NCBI GenBank assembly: GCA_965206645.1
Contig: CBDBKE010000004.1
Coordinates: 224,001 to 288,000 of the forward strand
Length of the DNA: 64,000 nt
Origin: Terriglobia bacterium
GTDB lineage: Bacteria; Acidobacteriota; Terriglobia; JAJPHL01; JAPKYU01
Direction of reading: 5' to 3'
The notes under the pieces are model-generated. The model did no database searches, was not told the origin of the DNA, and saw only the letters and a list, made by a program, of their open reading frames with translations. This document shows positions 20,104 to 30,321 of this stretch, one piece after another; position 1 is the stretch's first letter; every line of letters starts with the position of its first letter. Position numbers and translations under genes: made by a program.

Positions 20104-21465
20104 CTAAATCAGCCCTTTTATAGGCTGAGCAGTTGTATCATCAATCGAGTTGGCGATCTTGATCGGTCGACCGATGGAGGTCATATACTCTTTGTGCCAG
20201 TCAATGCCGAGTGCCTTGTACACGGTCGCAAAGACGTCTCCGATCGTCACCATCCGGTCTTCGACGTAGGCGCCCTTCGAATCGCTGGCGCCGATAACCT
20301 GGCCGCCCTGGAGGCCACCGCCTCCTAACACCATGGACCAGCAGTGAGGCCAGTGGTCGCGCCCATTGTTGGGATTGATATGGGGAGTCCGGCCGAATTC
20401 CCCCATCGCAACGACGAGGGTAGATTCCAACAGTCCCCTCTGCTCGAGGTCTTCCAGGAGGGTGGACAGGGCCTGATCCAAATGAGGAACCAGTTTCCGA
20501 TGTCCTTCCTGGTTGGCTGAATGGAAGTCCCAGGAGTTGAACGTGTATCCTGCCGCCGTTACAAAACGGCTGCCTGCCTCCACAAGCCTCCGGGCCAGCA
20601 ACACACTTTGGCCAAAACCGTTGCGGCCGTATGCATCTTTTACCTTTTCCGGTTCGTTCGAGAGATCGAAAGCTTCCTTCACGGACTGGGACAAGATCAT
20701 TCTGAGGGCCTGTTCCGTAAAGTTGTCCATGGCGGCATGCTCGGCACGGCTAACTTTTTCCCGGTAGATCTCATCGACAATGTTGAGAAGCGAACGTCGG
20801 TGCCCTAAGCGTTCAACGGAGATTCCCTTTGGCAGTTTCAGGTCAGGAACCTCAAAGTCTCTTTGTGTCGGACAGACGCCACTTTTCGGCTTCACGCATA
20901 CGTTCGGGTCGGACAGCATCAAAGGGTCGTACTCGGGACCAAGGAAAGCGGCCTTAAAAGGCCTCTCGTACGTCGCTATATCCCGCTCCCATTTGGGAGC
21001 TAGGACGTAGGAAGGAACATTGTTGCGTCCGCCCAATTCCTTGCCAACGATTGAGCCCAGGCTGGGAAACTCCATCGCTGGGTTCGGTCGATGGCCTGTC
21101 ACCGCGTAGTAGGTGGCTTCTGTGTGGTTCAGTTCCAAGGTGTGAAGGGAGCGAATAATGGACAACTTGTCCATGTGCCGGGCCACTCGCGGGAGCAGTT
21201 CGGAAATCTGGATTCCCGCTACATTCGTGGAGATCGGCCGAAACGCGCTGTTGGACTTTGGATCCCACATATCGATCTGACTCGGTCCGCCCTCCAGCCA
21301 GAGCATGATGCAGGCCTGAGCCTTCCCCTTGGAAGTTGGCAGCAAGCTCCTGGCTTCCAGATACTGCTGCAGCCCGATGCCTAAGAAAGTCAAGCTACCC
21401 ACCCGCAGAAATGCTCGGCGGCTCAGATTTTCTTCGGTGCGGTGCAAACAACCTACTTTTTCCAT
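20104..21465 (-). CDS. DUF1501 domain protein (Tat signal)
   Basis: SRRAFL, WLEGGPSQIDMWDPK, LARRLVEAG, GEFGRTP, GRDHWP. Confidence 0.92.
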   Translation of the reverse strand: MEKVGCLHRTEENLSRRAFLRVGSLTFLGIGLQQYLEARSLLPTSKGKAQACIMLWLEGGPSQIDMWDPKSNSAFRPISTNVAGIQISELLPRVARHMDKLSIIRSLHTLELNHTEATYYAVTGHRPNPAMEFPSLGSIVGKELGGRNNVPSYVLAPKWERDIATYERPFKAAFLGPEYDPLMLSDPNVCVKPKSGVCPTQRDFEVPDLKLPKGISVERLGHRRSLLNIVDEIYREKVSRAEHAAMDNFTEQALRMILSQSVKEAFDLSNEPEKVKDAYGRNGFGQSVLLARRLVEAGSRFVTAAGYTFNSWDFHSANQEGHRKLVPHLDQALSTLLEDLEQRGLLESTLVVAMGEFGRTPHINPNNGRDHWPHCWSMVLGGGGLQGGQVIGASDSKGAYVEDRMVTIGDVFATVYKALGIDWHKEYMTSIGRPIKIANSIDDTTAQPIKGLI

Positions 21466-21493
21466 TGGTATCTCCTTTGCTGCCAGCTGCCCA

Positions 21494-24079
21494 TCAGTGG
21501 TTCTCGGCGAATTCTCGAGAACTGACCAGCGCCCAAGTCAAGTCCTGGATGGTTTCTTTGCGCGAGGATCCCTGAGATATGACCCTCAGTAGCTTCGCTT
21601 TTTCCTTCTCCGCCGGGAACCGGGAGAGGGCGAGCAAGTAGAGCTCTTCGATCATCTCGGCGTCCGAACGACCGGTTTTCAGTAGCTGATCAACCCGCCC
21701 ACCTGGCCTGGAGATCTTATCCGTGTAGGTTGAGCCTACCAGGAGGTGTAACGCCTGCACCAGATTGGGCGCGACCTTTCGCTCCGGCACCGAGTAACGG
21801 AGTGAACGTCCGTACATGTCGGAAAACCGGTGGGGGTAGATGTCGGACTCCCTCAGGTTAATTGCTCTGGTGCCCGGCGGTGCTGTTCCCGGGTAGTCAT
21901 TATCCGTGCGGTGCTCGAAAATCTCGGGCGCTCCCGTAACGTGGGAAATCGCATCCAACAGAACTTCGGCGTCCAGAGCCCGGGGAATGCTATGGGAATA
22001 GTTTATATGGTCGTCCCGATTCGTTTCATTGGGCTGGCTGCTGAGCTGATACGTTCTGGAACTCACAATCTTACGCATGAGATCCTTCAAATCGTATCCA
22101 TGTTCACGAAAGTCCTCGGCCAGTGCTCTCAGAAGGTCGGGGTGTGTTGGGGGATTGGTAGACAAAAAATCGTCTACCGGCTCGACAATTCCTCGCGAGA
22201 AGAAATGACCCCACATCCGGTTGACCGTTGCTTCGGCAAAGTAGGGATGAGAAGTCATCCATTTCGCCAGTTCCAACCGCAAGTCTTCCCGCTTCGTTGC
22301 CGGCAGAACTTCCCGGTCAAAAAATGTCGGCTGAACTTCCATCTTCGTGCGAGGATGTAGGGTTTTTCGGCTCTTCCCCTTTTCCCCATAAGCAACTTCT
22401 ACCCCCTTAGTGTCGTCATACAGCACCGAACCGTACGCATCATCCTGAGGACCAAACTTGACGATGTTCATCCGGCCGAAGAAAGCAGCCAGGCCCCAAA
22501 ACTGATTCTGGCTCCAGGCCTCAAATGGGTGGTTGTGGCACTGAGCGCAGTCCAGCCGGCGGCCCATGAAAACCCGAACCTCCTCGGCCATCCGGGTTTC
22601 GGGATCCTTAGCGGTAAACCCAAAGTAGTGCCGCGACGGACCATTGTAGCCTTGTGCCGCAAGGCGTTCGCGGGCCATCTGATCGTAGGGCTTGTTCTCT
22701 GTGATGCTGTCTCGGATCCATTCCCAATAGGTCTCAGCAAATCTTCCATTCACCCCTTGCGCATAGCGCGCCACTCTGAAGAGGTCCGCGAACCGAAACG
22801 TCCAGTAGTCGACGTACTCGGGAGTGTTCAGCAGCGCTTCAATCAGTTTGTCTCGCTTTCCAGGATCCTTACCGGTGAGGAATTCCCGGACCCGCGCGGG
22901 AGGAGGCAGTGTCCCGGTCAGGTCAAGACACACCCGCCGGATAAACTCCTCGTCGCTGGAGAGCTCGGAGGGGACGATACTGAACTTCTGCAGCTTCGCG
23001 AAAACGTACTTGTCAACGAAGTTGTTGCGCGGTACCTCCGGATAGTTCGATAAGAGCTTTGAAATGACTCCGACCCTGACGCTTACCGTCCGTCCTGCCG
23101 CCCGGATCAGCACCGGTGTCTCGCCGGTCCTTGCGGCTTCGACCAAACCACGAGATGTGACTTTCACCACCTCCGGGTTGCTAGAAGTGTACCGGACTTG
23201 ATCCGTAAGATCTTCCCGCTGACCGTTGGAAAGCCGGGCGCTGACCAGGAGTTGGTGCTTACCGTTCGGGTCGAGGACAACCTCTTTGGGAAATGCCTCC
23301 AATCTTTCAATGCTGACCGTTTTGGAATCTTCCGCGCCATAAGGGGCGCCATTGCGAATCCAGGTGAGAATTACTTCATAATCGCGGGAGCCAACCTTGA
23401 ATCGCTCGCCCCCGCCATGCGGCACAGTGAAAGTGGGCTTCTGCAGCAACAAACTCTTTTCGGGTTCCTTCGAATCGACCCGCGGAACCCTGGTCCCCGG
23501 ATCCGGGCTCAACACCTGATACGTGCCCCCCTCCACAATCCATTCGTAATCCTCTCGAGGGTCCAGACCGCCTAAGGAAAGTTTGAATCCTCCCCTACCC
23601 TTGACTCCGCCGTGGCAACCACTGTCGTTGCATCCCTTCCTGGTAAAGATCCCGACGATCGCCCGTGGGAAACTAAATGGCCACTCTTCCTGCGAACTCT
23701 CCACGCGGATGCCAGTGCTTGCAGAGCGTCCGCCGACGGAAGCAGTTAATACAGCCTTCCCGTCAGCCACCCCGATCACCCGTCCTATGGACTCAACCTT
23801 AGCTATCCGTGGTTTTGAGATCGAAAATCGGCTTGTGCTCGTGAGATCGCGCTCGAGGCCGTCGGCGTATTTCCCCAGCACGAGAAATCGCTGCGATGCC
23901 TTAGCTCTCCACAGTGTTGGATTCTCCGGCACCAGACGTAGCGACAGCAGCTTGGCTGTCCCGGCAGAGCCGGACTGAGGCTTTTTTGTCCCAGCACTGA
24001 CTGCAGGGACGCCCCAGGAATTCAGAACTAGCGTCCCAGCCAGAGCCAACCAGCCAAACCTACCGTTCCGTCTTTCCAT
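21494..24079 (-). CDS. DUF1549/DUF1553 protein with Ig-like domains
   Basis: CNDSGCHG, RRVCLDLTG.LP, CAQCHNHPF, NRMWGHFF.RGIVEPVDD. Confidence 0.92.
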   Translation of the reverse strand: MERRNGRFGWLALAGTLVLNSWGVPAVSAGTKKPQSGSAGTAKLLSLRLVPENPTLWRAKASQRFLVLGKYADGLERDLTSTSRFSISKPRIAKVESIGRVIGVADGKAVLTASVGGRSASTGIRVESSQEEWPFSFPRAIVGIFTRKGCNDSGCHGGVKGRGGFKLSLGGLDPREDYEWIVEGGTYQVLSPDPGTRVPRVDSKEPEKSLLLQKPTFTVPHGGGERFKVGSRDYEVILTWIRNGAPYGAEDSKTVSIERLEAFPKEVVLDPNGKHQLLVSARLSNGQREDLTDQVRYTSSNPEVVKVTSRGLVEAARTGETPVLIRAAGRTVSVRVGVISKLLSNYPEVPRNNFVDKYVFAKLQKFSIVPSELSSDEEFIRRVCLDLTGTLPPPARVREFLTGKDPGKRDKLIEALLNTPEYVDYWTFRFADLFRVARYAQGVNGRFAETYWEWIRDSITENKPYDQMARERLAAQGYNGPSRHYFGFTAKDPETRMAEEVRVFMGRRLDCAQCHNHPFEAWSQNQFWGLAAFFGRMNIVKFGPQDDAYGSVLYDDTKGVEVAYGEKGKSRKTLHPRTKMEVQPTFFDREVLPATKREDLRLELAKWMTSHPYFAEATVNRMWGHFFSRGIVEPVDDFLSTNPPTHPDLLRALAEDFREHGYDLKDLMRKIVSSRTYQLSSQPNETNRDDHINYSHSIPRALDAEVLLDAISHVTGAPEIFEHRTDNDYPGTAPPGTRAINLRESDIYPHRFSDMYGRSLRYSVPERKVAPNLVQALHLLVGSTYTDKISRPGGRVDQLLKTGRSDAEMIEELYLLALSRFPAEKEKAKLLRVISQGSSRKETIQDLTWALVSSREFAENH

Positions 24080-24099
24080 TACAAGTTCCTCTAAACTTT

Positions 24100-26034
24100 T
24101 TAATTGTTTTCTTCTCGCAACCGAGCAGATGTCTTTGTGTCTTCGCTCGGCCGGATGACCATAAGGGGAAATTCCCGCACTATGACGGGCGCGCCCAGTT
24201 TGCCCTGAACCACCGGTCTTGCGCTGACGCGAACCATCTGGGGCATCCTCGTAGCCGGAGCGTTCTCGCTGCCCAAGAGCATAATGACTATTTTTTCCGT
24301 TTTCGGAAGATAAAGCTCTCTTCTGCCTGCATCCGCCGACGGTAACTTGTCTGGTTCAACCGTGGCGCTGGGGAGGGCCTGTACCCCTGCGGGGAGATTC
24401 TCAACGGCGAAAGCGATACCACCGGACAATCCCTCTTCCAGATCGCTGATGAGAGTCAACTTGCTTGCCTGTCCAGCCACGAGGTTGATGTGATCTTCGC
24501 TCAACTCGACTTTACCAACATGCGGAATTTGTGGCCGGATCAGGAGCCGATAGGTGAAGTGCGGGTTACCGTGTCGAGACGTAATATCACCTATCTTCAA
24601 GGTGTAGGCGCCTTGCCGTGGGAAAGCGTGAATCGTCTTGGGCTGAATCTCTTTAGCGTACTCGTTGCCAGCCCCCGATACCCATCGGTGAATATTCGCG
24701 AACAACTCTTTGCCATGACTGTCAAGAATTACGAAATGAGGATTAAAGTCGGGTGGCACAAGGTCGGGAGTCTCCAACTCAAAAGCCAGCTGCTCCCCCG
24801 CCTTCACATGAAACTTGAAGGTATGCACATCGCCCGGCTTTTCAATGGTTCCCTCCACTAGAGCTGGGAGTTTCAGTTCCACGGCCTGACCGACCATTCC
24901 ATTTGGCCGTGTTTTCTTAGTGTTGACCGTAGCGGCGCCCGACTGGGTGAGATCAACGCCCTGTAGGCTTCCCATCGCGCTTTCCTTCACCAAAAGTACG
25001 GAAGAGAGACCTTGGTTGACAACTTCCCGCAATTCGTCAGTAACCACCGTTCTGGATACAAGTGCCGAGAGCCGGGTCCCCTCCAGCCGTCTGTCCCAGG
25101 CGCGTTCTTCCCACTTGGAGGGGTCCCACGGGGTCGCGTAGCGGAATTGTTTCAGCCGGGCCGTGCGAATCTCTTTTTTCGGAAGAACCTCAATCGGAAC
25201 GATTCGCAGTTGATAGGTGAAATCCGGTCCGCCCGTCCCCAGGAACGAGCTGACCTTCACTACGTAACGGCCTTCTTGGCCGAACTTGTGGATGAATCGT
25301 CCCCTGCTGCTGCTGGATGCGAGGCGTGTTGCGCGATTCGGGTCAAACCAGCTGCCAGTCACTTTGTAGAGGGCTAGTTGAGCAGCCACACGCGCGTTCT
25401 GTCGGGTCAGTCTGCTGGAGATAACCCGAAACGCGATCTCTTGCCCCCTGGAGACTTCAAAGGCGTAATAATCCAAATCCCCCCTGTTGCTAATCTTGCC
25501 TGCCACCACACAGGGAATGTTGACCACCTGCGCCTCGTGAGCTTTATTATGAGGATCTTTGCTTTCGGTGATTAGGGATTCAGAGTTGACGAAGAACTTC
25601 AGCGCATTGGAAACTCCGGCGGACGAAACGAGCCTCAAGGAGTAAGCGCCGATCTTCGCGCTGGAGTCGATTTCCACCTGCAACCGAGCGCGGTGGCTTG
25701 CTGCCGGGTGCGGTCCGGGCAAGCTACCCGTTGCTGGCGTTTTTTCTCCCTTTGGGGCTGCAATCTCTTCGACCTTGCGCAGGCTGGCTTTCAGGCCCGG
25801 GGTGCCAGACCAGACAGCGTAGGCTTCGCCCAGATTCTTCCCCCGGACCTCGGCCTGCAAACTCGTGCCTTTCTGTCCGCCCGAAGGAAAAATGGAAAAG
25901 ACCTGGGGAGTCGTTGGAGATCCGGTCTTCTCATCTTGGGCGCGGAGAAGGCCCCCGAAGCCGCTGACAAGAAAGACAAGCAGAAACCAAGTCTTCAAAT
26001 GAGGTTTACTCGACACGAACGCGACTCGCCTCAT
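24100..26034 (-). CDS. PPC (pre-peptidase C-terminal) domain secreted protein
   Basis: IFPSGGQKG, GDLDYYAF, GDVHTFKF repeated domains; usual partner of DUF1553/DUF1501. Confidence 0.8.
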   Translation of the reverse strand: MRRVAFVSSKPHLKTWFLLVFLVSGFGGLLRAQDEKTGSPTTPQVFSIFPSGGQKGTSLQAEVRGKNLGEAYAVWSGTPGLKASLRKVEEIAAPKGEKTPATGSLPGPHPAASHRARLQVEIDSSAKIGAYSLRLVSSAGVSNALKFFVNSESLITESKDPHNKAHEAQVVNIPCVVAGKISNRGDLDYYAFEVSRGQEIAFRVISSRLTRQNARVAAQLALYKVTGSWFDPNRATRLASSSSRGRFIHKFGQEGRYVVKVSSFLGTGGPDFTYQLRIVPIEVLPKKEIRTARLKQFRYATPWDPSKWEERAWDRRLEGTRLSALVSRTVVTDELREVVNQGLSSVLLVKESAMGSLQGVDLTQSGAATVNTKKTRPNGMVGQAVELKLPALVEGTIEKPGDVHTFKFHVKAGEQLAFELETPDLVPPDFNPHFVILDSHGKELFANIHRWVSGAGNEYAKEIQPKTIHAFPRQGAYTLKIGDITSRHGNPHFTYRLLIRPQIPHVGKVELSEDHINLVAGQASKLTLISDLEEGLSGGIAFAVENLPAGVQALPSATVEPDKLPSADAGRRELYLPKTEKIVIMLLGSENAPATRMPQMVRVSARPVVQGKLGAPVIVREFPLMVIRPSEDTKTSARLREENN

Positions 26035-26197
26035 CCTACTGTTGTGTGACTGCCGTGTCAAGAAGTATACAGATCTGTCCTCTGGTACGCCACCCCCGAA
26101 GATGGCAGAAGGCCGCCCAGCGAACTAACTTAGCGGGAAACACGGGGTGGAGCTCCGTCTGAATTGAAGCGCGCCAAACTGCCTGGACGAGTCGTTG

Positions 26198-26572
26198 CTA
26201 CAGAGTTTTCAGGTAGGCCAGCACGTTGGCCAGCTCTTTCTTGCTCAGCTTCTTCTCGAACGGGGGCATCTTGTCGCTGCCCTTCACGATGCGCTCGGTC
26301 ACGTTCTCATCGTTGACCGGCTTGCCGGAGTGGGGCAGCTTCTTGGCTTTGTAAAGGCCTTTTAGCCCTGGGGAGCCAAACTTCTCCGCGGTGCTGTCGG
26401 TGTTGTGACACACGGCACAGTTCTTGGAGAAGATCGCGTCGCCGACTTTGGCAGCTTTGGCATCATCAGCCTTGGCGCTTTTTTCCTTCTCGGCGGGTTT
26501 CTTGTCGGCAGCAACCAGGGTCAGAGCCGCCGCTAGGATCAGCACCAGGAACTTGAGGAATTTTGGCTGCAT
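26198..26572 (-). CDS. monoheme cytochrome c
   Basis: signal peptide, CAVCH, distal MPPF. Confidence 0.9.
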   Translation of the reverse strand: MQPKFLKFLVLILAAALTLVAADKKPAEKEKSAKADDAKAAKVGDAIFSKNCAVCHNTDSTAEKFGSPGLKGLYKAKKLPHSGKPVNDENVTERIVKGSDKMPPFEKKLSKKELANVLAYLKTL

Positions 26573-26732
26573 CGTGTTTGATCCTCCAACCACAGTAAGC
26601 CCGCCTCGGGCACAGGGCAAACTAAGGTCTTTTCGTGAGATTGTCAAATGTGAAGACGGCCAGGAGCCGGGTGCGGTTCCCACGATTCGGTCATACTGCC
26701 GTCTCCCCTCCTTTTATATCACAAGAGCAGTC

Positions 26733-27686
26733 TCAGTTCCCGCCGCCCGAGTTTTCCTGTGATACAAAACAGGATTCTTCCGCAGGGCAGTTCAAGCGGC
26801 CCGATTCGATCTGGATGGCCGAGTGGGCGATGGCAAACCGCTCCCGCAACACCTGCTGCGCGCTCGCCAGCAGGTCGGAGCGGCTGGCGGCATCGTCGGC
26901 CACTAGGTGGCAGCTCAGCGCCACCGCGCCTTCGCCGACTGACCAGACGTGCAGATCGTGAATTCGGTTCACGCGTGGAATTCGCCGCAGCGCCGTTTCC
27001 ACCTGGTCAAAGGCGATGTGCGGCGGCACCGACAGCATCAGCAGCGAGCCGCTGCGGCGCAACAGGGTCCAGGAACTGGTAAGGATCAAGGCGGCGACCA
27101 CCATACCGGCCAGCGGGTCCAGGATCATGGTGCCAAATAGGAAGATACCAGCGGCGGCCACCAGTGCGGCCACCGACCCCAGCAGATCCCCGATGACGTG
27201 CAGGAAAGCGCCGCGCAGATTGATGCTGGTCTTCTGGCCTCGGAACAGCAGCATGGCGGCCACCACGTTGCCGACCATGCCGACCAGCGTCACTGCCAGC
27301 ATCAGCCCGCCGTGGACTTGCTCGGGCGCGTTGAGGCGGCCGAACGCCTTCCACACGATCACCACTGCCAGCAGCATCACCAACAGCGCGTTGACGAAGG
27401 CGGCTAGGGTTTCCGTGTGGCGATAGCCGTATGTTTTTTGAGGCGTGGGCGGACGCTCGGCCAGCCGCATGGCGATCAGGCTCAACCCCATAGCGGCCAG
27501 GTCCGTCAGCACGTGGCCGGAGTCGGCCAGCAGAGCCAGGCTGTTCGAGAGTAATCCGCCGGTGACTTCGGCGACAAAGACAACAAAGGTAATGAGTAAA
27601 GCGGCGCGCAGGCGTCGCCGGTTCTGAGATCGCCAGTCGGGGTGTGGGTGTTCGTGCACCTGCCCCCTAGCCCGCGTCTCCCCCAT
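26733..27686 (-). CDS. cation diffusion facilitator (CzcD/ZitB-like)
   Basis: SLALLADSGHVLTD, AFLHVIGD, IHDLHVW. Confidence 0.92.
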   Translation of the reverse strand: MGETRARGQVHEHPHPDWRSQNRRRLRAALLITFVVFVAEVTGGLLSNSLALLADSGHVLTDLAAMGLSLIAMRLAERPPTPQKTYGYRHTETLAAFVNALLVMLLAVVIVWKAFGRLNAPEQVHGGLMLAVTLVGMVGNVVAAMLLFRGQKTSINLRGAFLHVIGDLLGSVAALVAAAGIFLFGTMILDPLAGMVVAALILTSSWTLLRRSGSLLMLSVPPHIAFDQVETALRRIPRVNRIHDLHVWSVGEGAVALSCHLVADDAASRSDLLASAQQVLRERFAIAHSAIQIESGRLNCPAEESCFVSQENSGGGN

Positions 27687-27693
27687 GCTGCCC

Positions 27694-28197
27694 TTATTCT
27701 CCTTCGACCACCTGCACTTCCGCACCGGCTGCCGCCAGTTCCCGGAGGATGGCCGCCCGCTCCTCCGACCGCGCTCGCAGCATCACCACGGTGGCGCCGT
27801 CCGCCACCTGGCGTCGTGCAGGCTCCGGCACCTCCAGCTTCAGGCTAAGGATGCGCCCGCGGACCAGCAGCACGATTAGCGCGGCCCCGATGGCTCCCAG
27901 GGCAGCACCGGCGAAAGTGACAATACCGATCGGGGGCGCAGGAATCCGGGGTAGGCCACCGACGTCCAGGCCCATCCAGATGCCGGTGGCTGCGGCCAGC
28001 AAGCCTCCCAAGAGACCGCCCAAGACGCCGCCCGCCACTGGGGCAAATCCTAAGCGTGCTGTCACCTTGGCCGAAGTCCCGTGGGGAGTTTCGAGCGGGG
28101 CGGCGGAGAACAGTTCCGCATCGGGCCAGCGCTCCGCCACAGACAGCGCCGCGCGCTCGTCACGGAACACTGCCCACACCTGCGCCTCGTCGCTCAT
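27694..28197 (-). CDS. ActD-like (DUF3341-like) membrane subunit
   Basis: two TM helices, L.VGG.P motif, position after an NrfD-type gene. Confidence 0.6.
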   Translation of the reverse strand: MSDEAQVWAVFRDERAALSVAERWPDAELFSAAPLETPHGTSAKVTARLGFAPVAGGVLGGLLGGLLAAATGIWMGLDVGGLPRIPAPPIGIVTFAGAALGAIGAALIVLLVRGRILSLKLEVPEPARRQVADGATVVMLRARSEERAAILRELAAAGAEVQVVEGE

Positions 28198-29642
28198 GCT
28201 CCTGTCTCCGAGCCAGCGGGCGAGGCGGTCACTGCTGAGGGGGCAGGCGCTAGCTCTCTCAAGGGCGCAGGCTCCGACCTCTGCCCCAGCAGTCGCCGGC
28301 CTTCCTTGTACTCCCAGATAGCGACAATGGGAAACAGCTTGGAGAACACCACGTAAAGGAGAATGAAGTAGGCGAAGGAGCCGGCCATGATGGACAGCTC
28401 AACCCAGCTTGGCCGGTATTCGTGCCACATGAAGCTGAGGCGCGGGTGGGACAGCGTGCCGGCCACGATGGTGAAGCGCTCCAACCACATCCCCACCACC
28501 ACGAACAGAGAAGCCACCGTGGTCCCCAGCGGCGTGCGCGTTCGCCGGAAGGCCAGAATGGGCAGAGGTATAAGCAGGCAGCAGGCCACCATGGTCCAGA
28601 AGTAGGGAGCCATCCCGCCGGAAATCTTGTACAAGAACACCGGCATCTCGTGCTCGCCGTGACCGTAGTAGACGGTCAGGTACTCGGCAAAAGTGAAATA
28701 ACTCCACAGAAGGCAGAAGGTCAGCAGCAGCAGCCCCAGGTTGTTGAAATGCACGTCTTCCAGGTACCTCTCCAGCTTCAGGGAGCGCCGAATGACGTAA
28801 AGCGCGACGATCACGGCGGCGATGCCCGAGAAGATGGCGCCCACCACGAAGTAGGGCCCGAAGATGGTGCTGTGCCACATCGGGTTCACCGTCATGCCGA
28901 AGACCCACGACACCACTGTGTGCACCGAAATCGCCAGGGGCATGATGATGATGGCCATCACCGCGATGGTCTTCTCCAGCAGCGCCCACTGGCGGCTGCT
29001 GCCCACCCAGCCCATTGCCAGCAGCCGGTAAAGCCGCTGGCGCCAGCCGCCGCTGGGCAGTGAATCGCGCGCCAGCGCCAGGTCCGGGATCATCGGGAGG
29101 TAGAGGTAAGTCAGGCTGCCCAGCAGGTACGCGTTGATGCAGGAGAAATCCCACAGCAGCGGCGAGCGGAAGTTCGGCCACAGGTCGCGCAGGCTGGGGT
29201 AGGGAATCACCCAGTAGAACAACCAGACGCGGCCCAGGTGGATCAGGATGAACATGGGCCCGATCATCAACGCGAATACGGTGATCGCTTCGGCAGCACG
29301 GGTAATGGGGTGGCGCCAACCTGCGTTGGTCACCCGAAGGATGGCGGAGATCAACGTGCCGGCGTGGCTGATGCCGATCCAGAAGACAAAGTTGACGATG
29401 TAGACGCCCCACATCACCCGCTGGTTGATGCCCGCCACCCCCATGCCGGTCGTCACTTGGTAGGAGAAAGCCACCAGAGCCCAGGCCATCACCAGGCTCA
29501 GCAGACCGACGGTGATCCAGAAGCGGGGCGTGGTGTCGAGAAGAGGGCGCAGCAGATCGGAGTTGATCTGTTGCACATCGAGCGTTTCTGCGCCGGGACT
29601 GGAGTTACTCTGCTGCACCAGGCGTGCCTCTCCAGTCGTCAC
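28194..29642 (-). CDS. NrfD/PsrC-family membrane subunit (ActC/QrcD-like)
   Basis: FVFWIGISHAGTLISAIL, HLGR, NFRSPLLWD, SVHTVVSW, GMWLERF. Confidence 0.92.
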   Translation of the reverse strand: MTTGEARLVQQSNSSPGAETLDVQQINSDLLRPLLDTTPRFWITVGLLSLVMAWALVAFSYQVTTGMGVAGINQRVMWGVYIVNFVFWIGISHAGTLISAILRVTNAGWRHPITRAAEAITVFALMIGPMFILIHLGRVWLFYWVIPYPSLRDLWPNFRSPLLWDFSCINAYLLGSLTYLYLPMIPDLALARDSLPSGGWRQRLYRLLAMGWVGSSRQWALLEKTIAVMAIIIMPLAISVHTVVSWVFGMTVNPMWHSTIFGPYFVVGAIFSGIAAVIVALYVIRRSLKLERYLEDVHFNNLGLLLLTFCLLWSYFTFAEYLTVYYGHGEHEMPVFLYKISGGMAPYFWTMVACCLLIPLPILAFRRTRTPLGTTVASLFVVVGMWLERFTIVAGTLSHPRLSFMWHEYRPSWVELSIMAGSFAYFILLYVVFSKLFPIVAIWEYKEGRRLLGQRSEPAPLRELAPAPSAVTASPAGSETGA

Positions 29643-30312
29643 GTTTCAGGTAAATGACCGCCGGCTCGGTTCCCAAATCCTCCAGCAGCTTGAAGCTGCG
29701 GCCGGAGCGGGCTGTCTGCGAGACACGGCTGTCGGGATCCTCGAGGTCGCCGAAGTACATCGCTTCGGCCGGACAGGCCTGCACGCATGCCGGCGTCACC
29801 TCGCCGTCGCGCAACGGCCGTTCCTCGTTCTTGGCGTTCATTTGGGCGCGCTGGATGCGGTGGGAGCAAAAGGTGCACTTCTCCATCATGCCGCGGCTCC
29901 GCCGGGAGACGTCCGGGTTGTGCTGCAGGTCGAGCGGCGGGTCAGTCGAATAGTCAAACCAGTTGAAGTAACGCACCGTATAGGGGCAGGCGTTGGCGCA
30001 GAAGCGCGTCCCGATGCAACGGTTGTACACCTGCACGTTCAGGCCCTGCTCGTTGTGATAGGTGGCGTAGACCGGGCAAACCGGCTCGCAGGGCGCTTGG
30101 CCGCAGTGCTGGCACATCACCGGCATGAAGCGGGCCCGGACGTCAGGAAACTCTCCCTCGTAGTAGCGCTCGATGCGAATCCAAGACAGCATCCGCCCTT
30201 TTTCACATTCTTGCTCGCCCACGACCGGCACGTTGTTTTCGGCGCGGCAGGCCACCACGCATGCTTCGCAACCGGTGCAGCGATCCAGATCAATGACCAT
30301 TCCCCAGCGCAT
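29605..30312 (-). CDS. 4Fe-4S dicluster protein (ActB2/QrcC-like)
   Basis: CTGCEACVVAC, CQHC..PCEPVCP, CIGTRFCANACP, EKCTFC. Confidence 0.93.
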   Translation of the reverse strand: MRWGMVIDLDRCTGCEACVVACRAENNVPVVGEQECEKGRMLSWIRIERYYEGEFPDVRARFMPVMCQHCGQAPCEPVCPVYATYHNEQGLNVQVYNRCIGTRFCANACPYTVRYFNWFDYSTDPPLDLQHNPDVSRRSRGMMEKCTFCSHRIQRAQMNAKNEERPLRDGEVTPACVQACPAEAMYFGDLEDPDSRVSQTARSGRSFKLLEDLGTEPAVIYLKRDDWRGTPGAAE

Positions 30313-30321
30313 TCATACCCC

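Noticed and set aside
9514-26190. Second att-bounded island or prophage
   Set aside because: Looks accessory, but I found no further tRNA-end repeat, integrase or phage structural genes
26165-26197. glmS ribozyme-like start (AGCGCGCC..GACGAG)
   Set aside because: The rest of the conserved core is missing and there is no glmS downstream
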